From Monocercomonoides exilis PA203 (taxonomy: Eukaryota > Protista > Preaxostyla): a DNA stretch of 64,000 bases. The stretch is from the NCBI GenBank assembly GCA_001643675.2, contig LSRY02000008.1, forward strand, positions 620,001 through 684,000. Direction: 5' to 3'. Shown here in pieces: positions 51,370 to 63,189 of this stretch (position 1 is the first letter of the stretch; the number at the start of each line of letters is the position of its first letter). The notes below the pieces were generated by a model, which saw nothing but the letters and a program-made list of their open reading frames with translations, did no database searches and was not told where the DNA came from. Both the position numbers and the translations under genes were made by a program.

Positions 51370-53274
51370 GTTTTTTGTTTTTTGTTTTTTGTTTTTGTTT
51401 TTATTAAGTTTGCCGAGCAGAGACTGTATCTGAATGGGAAGAAGGAGTAATTTGATATCATCAGGAACACAACATTCTTTCTCATCTAAACTATTATTCT
51501 ATTCGGGAATTTCTGATTCAAAAATTCTGTTTCAAAAGAAGCTTGGAAGGTATTGTTGAAAATGAGCTGCATTTTGCGAGAGAAGCAGCGAGAGAACTTG
51601 AAGAGCTGTCGAAATGTGTGGATTGGAAGAGAGGAAATGAAACCAAAGAAGAATTCATTTTATTGAGATAGTTCAGAATTTTCGATTATTTCTTTGATTC
51701 ATGCAAGCTGTAGAATGAAGGATTTACTGGACTTATTGAAAGCATTGTTCGAGTGCTTCGAACAGCAAAGGATAGTCATGGAGAAATAAGCAAAAAATGC
51801 TTTGAATTAATAAGAAGAGCAGCAGATAGCACAGGAGTGAAGGTTGAAGACTTGTTGAAAGTGGGAGCTGTTAAAGTTGTTTTGGAGGAAATTCAGCAAT
51901 CAACAATTGATCACAAAGCAGCATATGACTGCTTATATTTTTTTATTTCATTTCATGGGGAATGAAAGAAAAGACTGGTAACAAAATGAAAGAGGCAAAG
52001 AGAAAGATAACCAAAAGGGAGATGCTCAAAAAGATAAAAGAAGAAGGATATAAAGATATCGTTGCTATTTTTTTGCGAATAGATTTATTTTTTTTATGAA
52101 AAATATTTTGATTAATTGCCGATGAATATTTTTGTCTATTTAACGTATGATTGAGAAAATAATAAAAATGAATATTGTCACTTTGATGTTTTATTTTTCT
52201 TTATTTCTCCATTTCACAAAATTGAAAACAGACTTTTATTCGAAATATGAAAAAGTTTTGTTTGTGAATTTTCTCTTTTCTTTTTTTTTTCTTTTTTTTT
52301 GAATGAAATAAAACTTACAAAAACAGAATCAATCAAATAATCTTATTGCTTCTTTTCTTCCACAAAAATATTCGAAATGACTGGCTAGAACACCATTGTG
52401 CTTAGAAGAATTCTCAAACTTGTTCGTTTGTTAAATATTTCGTCCCGTTTAATAACCTTTTTAGAAATTTATTATACTTTTGGCCTTTCATAGCTTTGAA
52501 AATCAAATATGCAAAAGCGTTCTACGGTTGCGCGTAATTCATCAATTTTTACAAGACAATTGTAAATAACGCTTCGCTCGTCATTAAATGTGAGCATCCC
52601 TCCTATATTTGATCTTTAGCACCTCAAGAAACAATCATTTTTAGACAATTCATTATCTTCAACAACTGAATTAATCTCCAAAAGTTTTTCAAACACAAAG
52701 ATGTTGAATCGACTTAATATTCATTTTTCTTTCAAAGACAATATAGCAGTTTAAATCATGATTGAAAATATTCAAAAGAGATATATTTAAAATGAATAAT
52801 AACAAAATCAAAACCTCGACAACAAATCATTTGCAATGTTGTGCAATTGCGTTGAGAAAATTATAAATGGCATTATCATGTTCTTTCTTTTAATGCATGT
52901 ATTTTACTTAGAAAAAAATGGAGAATTGAGGAAAAAATAAGAAAAATTATGGAAATAAAGCAGAAAAACAAAATCCATAACAATTCTTTAACATAACTGA
53001 CAATTTGGTTCTTCTTCGCATTTTAAAAGCATTAACACATTTCTGACTTAACGTGACGTCTAAGACAGGTGACGTCAGTGACTTGCCAAAATTCCGATTA
53101 CCGCTCACACGTCAGTGAAAAATGTGTTATGGAAATTTAGATAAATATTTTTCTTTTCAGTTTTTTTTTTCTTTCTTTTTTCTTTTTTCTTTTTTTTTGT
53201 GACGTGCAAAAATCTGTCAAGTCCGTCAAAAATCGAAAAGGTCACGTCAGAAGTCACCACGTCACCCAGGGTTA
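50333..53274. mobile_element. Non-autonomous cut-and-paste DNA transposon (hAT-like), 2942 bp, 17-bp TIRs, 8-bp TSD
   Basis: Left TIR CAACCCTGGGTGACGTG (50333-50349); right TIR CACGTCACCCAGGGTTA (53258-53274), 16/17 match. GATTCGAG is duplicated at 50325-50332 and 53275-53282. Dense subterminal TGAC/GTCA motifs at 53045-53265. Confidence 0.85.
50720..52150 (+). pseudogene. Degenerate family X copy inside the DNA transposon, introns retained
   Basis: ENELHFAREAARELEELSKCVDWKR..FILLR*..CKL*NEGF at 51555-51725; LVYLCDCY, LLKVGAVKVVLEEIQ, KIKEEGYKDI. Multiple stops and frameshifts. Intron-like GTATTT..TTCAG at ~50749-50822 and a T-rich second intron at ~51310-51420. Confidence 0.85.
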
Positions 53275-53422
53275 GATTCGAGACACAACCCTTCACCTAA
53301 AACAACTTTTTTAGAGAAGATTTTTATGATAACCCTAACCCTTAAGCAACCACAAAAATCTGAAATAGAATTTTTTTAAACCCAATGAAATTTATTATGG
53401 TTCTATGATCAAAAGGGTCCGT

Positions 53423-53670
53423 ATATGGGTTATTCTTTTTGAAAAGTCGCAAATGTTTAATTTTCAAATAAATCAAAAATTTCATATTTAGCTCAAGTTT
53501 TCGTTGGCATACACCAAACTTCACTAATATGGAATCTATTTAAGGATAATGCTATTTCACTCGTTCCAAAGAAGATTCGTAAGTGGAAACGAAAATTTGA
53601 ACAAAATATGAAGATTAAACATTATTTGAAAATAAGACATTTGCGATTTTTCAAAAAGAATTACCCATAT
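53423..53670. repeat. Imperfect inverted repeat (foldback), ~82-bp arms 53423-53504 / 53588-53670
   Basis: ATATGGGTTATTCTTTTTGAAAAGTCGCAAATGTTTAATTTTCAAATAA..CTCAAGTTTTCGTT versus AACGAAAATTTGAAC..TTATTTGAAAATAAGACATTTGCGATTTTTCAAAAAGAATTACCCATAT. Confidence 0.8.
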
Positions 53671-54599
53671 GGGGCAAATTTTTTCATTTATGAAAAAAAC
53701 AACGATTTGTTCCAAACTTTTTCTACTACCTTGTCATGAGAAATCTTGCATTCCTATGTAAAAATAATACAGAAAAATTCTTAAACAAAGAAAAATACAG
53801 TTTGTGCAAAAAATACCGGATATCGCAAAAAATACCGGACAAGATCGATTTCTCAATAACAGCAAGAAGAAAAATTCTGAAAATTTTCCTCAAAATACAG
53901 GCATAGGTCTATTTTGTACCAGTTTAAAAAGGCTTTTTAAAATATTTTTATTAACATATTATTAATTCTCATAATTATTGCAAACAAACTGCTAATGGAA
54001 AATCGAGTAATTCTTCCATCAAAAACTTGATATTTTTTCTTTTTTTCTCAACCCATAATTTTATCTTTTTGATCATGATCTATTTAAAAAGATTTCATTA
54101 CAATGCCATTTTAATGAAATGATACTTGATCATATTTGACATTGTTGCATTGACAATTTCCTTGTTTTTATTTGAAGGAATACAGACCGATGAATGTTTG
54201 AATGTAGAGTATATGAAAAAATACACATTTGAATGTTTTGTTCGCCTTAACAAATTTTTTTACTGATATGACGCAAGCAGAAATATGTTGTTCCCCTTTA
54301 ATGATCAGATTTATAGTATGTTTATTAATTTGCATTGATAATATATGAATTTTTACATGTTTTTTCTTTCTTTTTTTGTTTATCGTTTTTTTGATGATTC
54401 AGCAATTGTGTGTTTAAGTGAATGACATTTTCATATTATCTTTTTGTTAGCATCACTTTATATTTCTCCATTCAGAGGAGGATAAAAGGATTTCAGCAAT
54501 TACCTTTTTCTGTGCAAAATATGGATCAATTGTTTGTTTTTTATTCATCATCATCGAATATCGTTAAGTTGTGTTTTAACAAAAAGCTTACACAACTTT

Positions 54600-55080
54600 T
54601 CAATATGATTTATTGTCGTTTCCCTTTCTTCCACGGATGCAAATGCTCAGCCGATTCTCCACTTGGCCACGATGCGAATTATGTCGATTATAACAATGTC
54701 TTTTTGAATTCAGACAATCCAATTTATGAATGCTACACAACAAACGCAGATGATAAGAGAGTGTGCTATGTGTATAATTATTCGAGTTCAGGGAGTTGGG
54801 TGTATGATCAAACATCAAAAAAGGATTGGCTGAAAGACAAGACGATATATGTTTCAATGAATGGAAATGATTCATATGAGCTGTGTGGGGCTAATACAAC
54901 AAATCCGTGCGAAACAGTGAAGAAAGCATTTGAGATGTGTGAGGTGCAGATAAGCTTGGCAATCACGCTGATGGATGGGAATCACATAAGCGAGACAACA
55001 ACAATTGAGATTGGATCAAAGAAGATTTCAGTTATTGGAATGGGCAAAGAGAAGAACGTGATTGGAACAGGAGCTGTTTT
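54600..55080 (+). pseudogene. Internal fragment of the Cys-rich surface protein family
   Basis: FFHGCKC..GHD..NPIYECYTTNADDKRVCY..DWLKDKTIYVSMNGND..CG..NPCETVKKA, paralogous to 56870-57290. Flanked by unrelated low-complexity sequence. Confidence 0.7.
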
Positions 55081-55899
55081 GCTTTTATTCTCTGCTCTGC
55101 AGTATTTTTATTCTCTTCCTTTTATTTTTTTCATCTCCTTCAGACTCGTCTTCTTCGTCTTCTTCGTCTTCTTCGTCTTCTTCGTCTTCTTCATCTTCAT
55201 TTATATCTTCTATTTCTGTTTTGTTATCTTCTATTACATTTCCATCATCGTCTATTTTTAATATTTTGGCTGTTGGAATTATTTGGCTGGAAGCTATGCT
55301 GAGAAAAGGAAATAAACAAAATTTGGAAGCAGAAGAGGACCAATTTCATTGGCCGTGAGATAGAAAGCGGAGATGGAGAAGAAGGGTTTTGAGATTGAAA
55401 TTGGAGGGATGAAGAAATACTAGTCGGAGGAGGAGAAGAAACGACGAGGAAGAAAAAGTGTGTGAAGAAAACTCAAAATAAAAAGGTTTGCTGTATAATT
55501 TGTTTTGTTTTTCTTGTACAAAATTAATCTTTTGATGTTTCTGTAATATTTTTTTCATATTTTTCTTTGAATAATTTTATATCATTTATTTTTTATAATT
55601 ATTTTATTTCAATAAGGATTTTTGGGTAATTATTGAAAAGGGATGAAAGTGAATGGAGTTTTTAAAAGAAGACATCAGATTATAGTGGCAGAAAAAGAGA
55701 ATTTGTTGAAGATGGATAATGAAGAATGTTTGAATGTTGTTTCTATTCAGAAGCATTGAAGAAAAAAGATGCTTTTCTGCTTTTAATGGGAGCTCATCGT
55801 CTTCAGCAGAAGAGGCGGGGAAAGAATCTGACTTTAGAAAATATTCTGCTACATGGCGCGGAGATGCAAAACAGGTATATAATCAAAAAATTAAAAGAG

Positions 55900-57365
55900 A
55901 AGGAAGCGTTTCAGTATGCGAATCTCTCATCTCATCTTCTGCCCCGTTCCTTTCATCGCCTTCCATCCCTTTTGTATCCTTCTCTCATCTGATATTTTTC
56001 AATATTTCAACAGCAAATGATGCATGCTCACCTTCAACCACAATGTCAACCCAAACCACATGTTTTATAAGCAGCTGCTCATTTTCATCGGTGTGGGATG
56101 TTTATGATGGGGGCATTGTCCCCTCGCTCAGCAGCCCCTCATCATCCTTGTCTGCCTCGAACACCTCGTTTGTCAGGTGCTATCGCACTCAGAATGTTGA
56201 AGTCAATGGGAGTGAAGGGAATCCATCGAAACCAGCGAGACAGCAGATAGCAGACAATGGGGCGAATTCGTTCACTTGGTGTGTGTGGAATGGGTCAAAT
56301 ACAACTGGAACAAACTCTGGTTATTCTTATGGAGATTCAAATGGCGGAGCGATTTACATGTATAACAAGGCATCAGGAACACTTTCAGTGAAGTTTTGTT
56401 CGTTCAATGACTGCACTGCATATTGGGATGGTGGAGGAATTTTTTGCGTTTCAATAAATTCCATCAAGATTGAGAACAACTCATTCAATGCGTGTACCGC
56501 AAAAAATTGGGCTGGAGGAGGGATGCTTGCTGAATCAATTTCGTTGTGTGTCAGAATAAGTGGTTGTGAATTCAAGAGTTGCAAAGCGAAAAATTATGGA
56601 GGAGGGCTTTATATTAACAATTTTAATGTTTCTGGAACCAATTGTATTGGGACAGAAAGTGGGAAAGGGGAGAGCGCTTGTGTGTTTGAGTGCTCTTTTT
56701 CTACATGTTCTCTGACAGGTTCACATGGTGGAGGAATGTATTGCGCAAAGGTTCCAGCTGGATTCAAAATGTCGAGCATCCAGTTCCTTTTTTGCTCCGC
56801 TTTTCAAGAAGGAGGAGGAATGGAATTGAATCCGAGTCAATCAGAAGCTCCAAGCAACAATCATTATTGTTATTTCATCTTCTTCCACGATTGAAGTTGC
56901 AGTAATTCCACTTCATCTGGCCGCGATGTGTATTTTTCTGATGGAAACAATCTTTTTTCTTCGAACAATCCGTTCTACGAATCGTACACAACGAATAGTA
57001 ATGATAAGAGAGTGTGCTATTTGGTAAATGGAGCATATCAGCATACAGAAAAGATGTGGTGGCTGAAGGAAGGGATGAAGGATCGGTATGTTGGAGTGAG
57101 TGGGAATGACTCGAGCAATCTGTGTGGGATGAGTGAGGCAGCACCTTGCAAGACAGTGGAGCATGCGGTGGGGCCGATCATGGCGCAGCTGAGCTCTTCG
57201 ATCACAGCGCTTGGTGGAAAGCATATGAACGAAGAGAAGACGATCAGTGTTGGGGAAAAGAAGATTAATGTTTTGGGGAAATGAAAGGAGACGAGCGTGA
57301 TTGGAACAAAATCACTTTCATTATCTTCAACAACGCTGTTCAGTGTGACGGGTGGGCAGTTGGAG
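55900..57365 (+). pseudogene. Cys-rich GGG/GGA-repeat surface protein gene fragment with in-frame TGA stops (56892, 57282)
   Basis: FTWCVWNG, NGGAIYM, DGGGIFC, GGGLYI, GGGMYC, FFHD*SC..GRDVYF, CGMSEAAPCKTV. ORFs 55734-56894 and 56928-57284 are in the same frame. Confidence 0.75.
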
Positions 57366-59097
57366 TCGAAATATTTTTGCTGGCTGAAATAACAGAAAAT
57401 CCCAGGTTAAAAGACAGTCAACTAAAAAAAGACCATTCGTATTTGTGCTGGCTCGGATACAGCTGCCAATAACTGCCTTTGAGGTGTTTTAACAAAATTC
57501 TACTGCATCCTCTCGTCTCCAAGCTGCACTCCTCCCAATCTCCGTTTCCATTGCTCCCATCGCATCCCCAGCTGTTTTGGCCCATCCAGACACCAGGATC
57601 ATCGAAAAATTCTTCTGTTGCGAAACATCTCCAGCTGCGCCCTGCCGAGAAATAAAAAACGAAAAAAAAAAGAAATAAAAAAGGTGCAACACATTAACAG
57701 CTCCCTCATTAGGCAAACAAAATAGCGCACATCCACCAATATGGCTGAAATGATAACTTAGTGAAAGGAAACAATGCAACCCGCCGACGCCAAGCTGCCT
57801 CACAAGCCCGCTCATACGGCCAATTCACTACATTTTGCAATGACAGCAAAAAGAAAGAAGCATCAAAAACATGCTCCATGTGCAGGCACAGCCATCTGGC
57901 CGATAAATCTCTGCCCCATTTCCAAGTCAGCCCAGAGGCTCAGCACCAGTACCACCTCAAGGATCGAGTCGCACCCCTCAGAGGGTGCCATGTACCATGT
58001 CTTCTCCAGGCTGCAAATCCTTTTTCTACATGTTTTTCGTTTTTTATTTCAAATAACATATGTGCGCAAGTCATTCATTGAACTTTTCCCGATCTCTTTT
58101 TTTAAACGAAAAAATTCTTCAAAAATTGAGAAATGAAAATTTTTCAAAAGCAAAACAAAAAACGTAAACATTGTCATTATAGTGTTTTCTGTGAACTTAC
58201 AGCAAAATGCAGAATCTGAAAAACTTGAGATGAATAAGATGAGTTCTGATTGGATAAGAACATAAAAAGAAGATGGAATGAAAAAAGAAATAAATGAAGT
58301 GAATTAAAAATTAGAGAAAACAGATTTTGAAAGTCATCCACAAAAAAACTTGACGATTTTTGTGGATTTTTGAGTTGATTGCCATCCGTCCCAACGTCGC
58401 ATCTTTCAAATGATCGTTTTCCTTCTCTTTCCATCTTTTCTTCCTCCTCTTCTTTCTCTCGAACCAACAGACTTCACACTTCCAATCCTTTATATCTCCT
58501 TTGATTATTATTTCTCGCTTTTCCAAAATAAATTGCCCCTGCTCTCTCGTATATTTCTTCGACTCCATCTGCTGCTCCATGAGGCTTGTGCTCTTAAAAA
58601 ATATCCTCATCTTTGTTTGCTGACTTTAAAAATGCATTCTCTTTCATCGATTTCACTCCCCATAAACTCCGGCTCATCATTCTCTCTTTTCTTTTCGTTC
58701 TGCCTGCTTTTTCTGTTGTCTCTACTCCGAAATGAGCAGCTTCTTCCACTTCCTCCATCTCCAACAGGCTCGCCGAAGGTTAAACCAACATTTCTGCAGA
58801 ATACGGATTTTTCACACTCAAGCACATCACGACTCCTATCATTCGCTCATCACATCTCTTTCTTCTCTTATATTTCTTATTTTTTCTTTCACAAAACATT
58901 CCTTCAAAATTCAACACAAAAACAAAGCTCAAAAATACATAACCTCATTTTCCCAATGCATTGAATGTCCCTCCTTCCTTCCTTCTGCACTGCCATTCTT
59001 TCTTCCCAGAAAAACTATACATGAAAAGATCTGCTTTACTGGTTTCCTGCTTTCCTTCTTCCAACGAGACGTCTTGAAGCCGAATTCCAGCTGTTCA

Positions 59098-59213
59098 TCT
59101 CTTCTTCTTCCTCTTCCTCTTCCTCTTCCTCTTCCTCTTCCTCTTCTTCTTCCTCTTCCTCTTCCTCTTCTTCTTCCTCTTCCTCTTCTTCTTCTTCTTC
59201 CTCTTCCTCTTCC

Positions 59214-59248
<35 letters not shown>

Positions 59249-59297
59249 CTCTTTCTCTTCCTCTTCCTCTTCCTCTTCTTCTTCCTCTTCCTCTTCC

Positions 59298-59332
<35 letters not shown>

Positions 59333-59357
59333 CTCTTCCTCTTCCTCTTCCTCTTCC

Positions 59358-59389
<32 letters not shown>

Positions 59390-59436
59390 TTCTTCTTCCT
59401 CTTCCTCTTCTTCTTCTTCTTCTTCTTCTTCTTCTT

Positions 59437-59466
<30 letters not shown>
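59098..59466. repeat. ~370-bp pure polypyrimidine (CTT/CCT)n microsatellite
   Basis: Read directly from the sequence; it explains the poly-L/P and poly-K/R ORFs. Confidence 0.95.
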
Positions 59467-59467
<1 letters not shown>

Positions 59468-59469
59468 AT

Positions 59470-61756
59470 TACAATCATCTGAAAATTTATGCGACTGCGA
59501 AGAATGCAACTGCTCCAATGAACTTTCTCCATTTCCTCAAAATTTCAACAAAAGATAACCCAATTGAAGTGCGAAAACAACAAATAAACCACAAATACGT
59601 CTTTTCCTCCCCTGCTTTTGATAATCAGGGGAATCCTCTTCAGCATTTCTGCTGCTTCAGCCCTTCTCATTCATCAATGGCATTCGATGCAAAACCTTCT
59701 GACTATTTCACTTCGCTTATTGCATCTTATCCAACTGTAAAGTCTCCATTGGCTTCTTTGCTGTCAGATTCAAATTGTTCTTTTAATTCTTCCTCTTCAT
59801 CGTCATCATCATCATCATCATCTTCTTCTTCTTCCTCTAATAATCAAAATATTCCCCGTCAAACAGATCCCTGCATCGCTTTCCCATTCAAATCCACTTC
59901 AAAACTTTCCTCTTCCTCTTCCTCTTCCTCTTCCTCTGAACAATCAACATTCACACCATTCTATCCCTCTCTTCTTTCTTCTTCTCTTCCTCCCCCTCCT
60001 TTCCTCCCTGCCCCAATCTCCCCCGTTTTCACCCCAGAGCCTTCTCCAGTCATTTCCTCTTTCTTCTCACATGTTCTGTTTCCAGCCCATCGCATCGTCA
60101 GAGCGGTGTTTGCACACACTAACCACTCGTGTCGAGGAAGCATTGCACCCATTTTGGATTTCGTGCTGCCGAATAACACTGAAAGAGCAGGGCAGACTGT
60201 TGAATGCTGCTTGAATGAAGAGAAATTGCTGTCAAAAGAGAAATCAGTTGGAAGTGATATTGTGAATGACTTGTCATCAGAATCAGTTATTTCATCTATT
60301 TCTCCTTCTTCCTCCTTCCTCCACCACCCACTCCATCTTCCGCATCTCCTTCACGGGAGACACCAGCCCCACCCACTTCTTCTCATCTGAGGCGCAGTTG
60401 TCCACCATCCTCCTTCACGAGTGCGCCCAGCAGGACTCCGATGAGGGACACGCCGTTCAGCAGCAGCACTCCACAATCTCACAGGCGCTCCTTGTGGCAG
60501 AGTCCATGTGCCCTGTGTGTTCTGTCCTCACTCACTTCTCGCAGCGGTTCCCGAAGTCGATGAGCGGGACGGAGATGCTGAAGAATCTGGGCGCAAAGAA
60601 GAGGGAGATGCTGGCAACGCTGTTGGCACTGCGGAAGATGAAGGAGATGAGAGAAATGAGGGAAATGAGGGAGATGGAGAAGGGAGAGACAGACAAGAAG
60701 GAAGCGAATGAGGGAAAAAGAAGCAGGGAAGAGGAATGCGATAAAATGATTGGGAAAAAGACAGAAACGCAAGACGATGAACACAGGGACAATGAGGAGA
60801 ACGGTGTGGAAATTGAAGCAGCAGCGAAAGAGACACACAGTGCAGAACGAATGCTGGAAAAGCTGGAGAGTTTGGAGGAAGTTAGAAGCGTATTTGAGGA
60901 GTTGTGTGCAGATAGCGAGGCAGGCAAAGAAGCCCAAACTGTGACACTTGAAGCAGCAGTAAATGCTCTGATGAGAATTGCAGTGGACGAGACAGAAGCA
61001 GAACACGACGAAGGAGAAGATGAAGATGATGACAAGATGATTGGTGAGGAAGCACACAGAGTGAATGAGTTGGATTCCTGGCTTCAGAAGATATTACGCA
61101 AAGCAGCAGCACTTCTTTCAAAATGTGATTTCAATTCAACAATTGGTCCAGTCACAGACGTTGTTCTAGCAACGGATTATCTCAGCATCTCCATCATTTC
61201 GCGTAAAGATGCTATGGAAAATACCTTTTTGAGGAAATCAATTGAGCAATGTTCTGGGCAATTCAAAAATGGATACTCAACATTATCAAGTGCATTTATC
61301 TATAAACCTTCAAGCGTAGATTCATATTTGTTATTGCTTGATATTTTTGCGCTTGCCAATGATAACGATTCTCCTGAAAAGAATAAATGAAGCCTATTTT
61401 TTCCGATTATATTTTTTTATTATTTTCAAAAGATAAGCCAGTTTAAAGAAATTATTTCTGATCAAGGCATAGCATAATAAATTTATTACTTCAAAGAATT
61501 ATTGTTTATGGAGCAAGCAACGACCATCCATACAGCCCGTTTACTACCCGCAACTTCTGATTCAAATGCATTGTTGTCACCTCTTTACAGTGCTCCCACG
61601 CTTCGTGAGGCCTTCGAAAAGCAAATGCCGGGGTTTTCAACGTTTGTGAAACAGCGCCAAAAGGAAACGCTTGAAAAAATAGTTTCTCCAGAATATCTGA
61701 AACGACTGCTTTCAGATTCTTCGGAAATGGCGCTCGCTTCCCTTGCACGCAAATAG
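59470..61756 (+). CDS. Hypothetical Ser-rich/acidic protein gene (multi-exon or frameshifted); structure unresolved
   Basis: Consecutive long + ORFs (to 60390, 60266-61390, 61502-61756) with coding-like composition; no recognised domain. Confidence 0.4.
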
Positions 61757-62547
61757 CACACTCGGATTCTTCTCTTTTCATTTCTTCTCCATCAAAATCA
61801 TTTCATGCACATTTCGCTTTGTAAATTTATTGAGTGTTTGAGTTCCTTATGTATGATGGTTTATTAAACGCATTTTCTGTCGAGAAATATTTCTCATCTT
61901 TATTTGCATTATTTTTCATTTCATCCAAGTCTTTTTCAATAAAAAATATTGAATCACTGAAAAACATCTCAATCAACTCTTTCATGCTTAAAAAGCAATA
62001 ACTTGCAATTCAAAAAGAGAAAGAAAAAAAATTTAAAATATCACTTAGATTGACTAAAAAGAATAAATGATCCAAACAGATATGGAAATTGAACTTTAAA
62101 AAACACTCAATTCATAATAATATATATTTCTGAGATTAGCTCCCTTCAAGAACCAAAATCGCCGAGTTAAAGACTTGAATTTTTGTTCTCAGTGAACAAT
62201 CCAAGCTTCTTGTGCACTTGCAGAAGCATTGCTTATTTCAAAATGCATATGCATGAAAAATCAGCTGTAAGCTAAGAAGCCAAAATTTTGCATCTTTGCA
62301 TGATTCAGAAGATTCCTTTAATAAGAATCGGTTTGAATTTTTAAAAAAACCCAAACCAGTAAGAAATATGGTGTCTTTCACTAAGACGCTGATTGATTTT
62401 GGCAAACGCTTTATTCCATTCGCGTTTATTTCGCCATATGGGAAGATTGCTCGTTCAATGGCGAAAAGATTGGAATTCCAATAATTGAATCAAACAGCCC
62501 GCAAGCTTTTTTTGGAAAAACTGTTTTCAACTCCAGAAATTGTACGC

Positions 62548-62994
62548 TCACAACAATATCGCAGAGCGCAAAACCAGGAAAAACGAAATCCCAATGCCCC
62601 AGGCCATCAGTATGTAGCCATCTGCTCCAATTTTGAAATACATAAAAGAAGATGCCAGAACAAGCCCTGCCAGAAGTAGAAAATAGATAAATTCAAATGC
62701 GACATTATAAATGTTGAAACACACAAAATAGCAATAATTATATTTGTTTTAATTCTTTGGGAAATGATAGAATTTGATACCAATCAAAAAGCCGTAAACA
62801 AAGCCTGACAGAGCGCCAATGCAAATGGCTACAATCACAAACACAAAGCCCCGCAATTTAAATGACCTGAAGCTGAAAAGGCTCGCAATAAAAAATGCAG
62901 CAGAGGTGAATATCGTCGACCAGATACTTATTGCCAACCAAAGGTCGACTGTTTGATTAAACGTTTTATTCAGTTCATAGAAATGATGCTCCAT
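62548..62994 (-). CDS. TMEM170-like small membrane protein, complement(join(62548..62666,62781..62994)), 110 aa
   Basis: The GTATCA..GGCAG intron splices in frame. Three hydrophobic segments with DLWLAISIWS..IGALSGFVYG..LMAWGIG pattern recalling TMEM170 (MWYWIFLWA..LVWGVG). Confidence 0.65.
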
Positions 62995-63151
62995 TAATCT
63001 GTATTTTTCCTCGGGTTTTATGCAAAATTGGAAAAAATTTTGAGAGAAAAATTTTTCTTTTTTTTCAAAATGGGATTATGCAAAAACCATCTGTATTCTT
63101 CATTTCTTTTTTTGCAAGAAGACAAATTCAGAAGTTTATAATGTGTCACTT

Positions 63152-63189
<38 letters not shown>

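Noticed and set aside
59095-59532. Poly-Lys/Arg ORF (also the poly-Leu/Pro part of 58732-60390, 43999-44316, 22203-22639 and mirrors)
   Set aside because: Artefacts of stop-free microsatellites.
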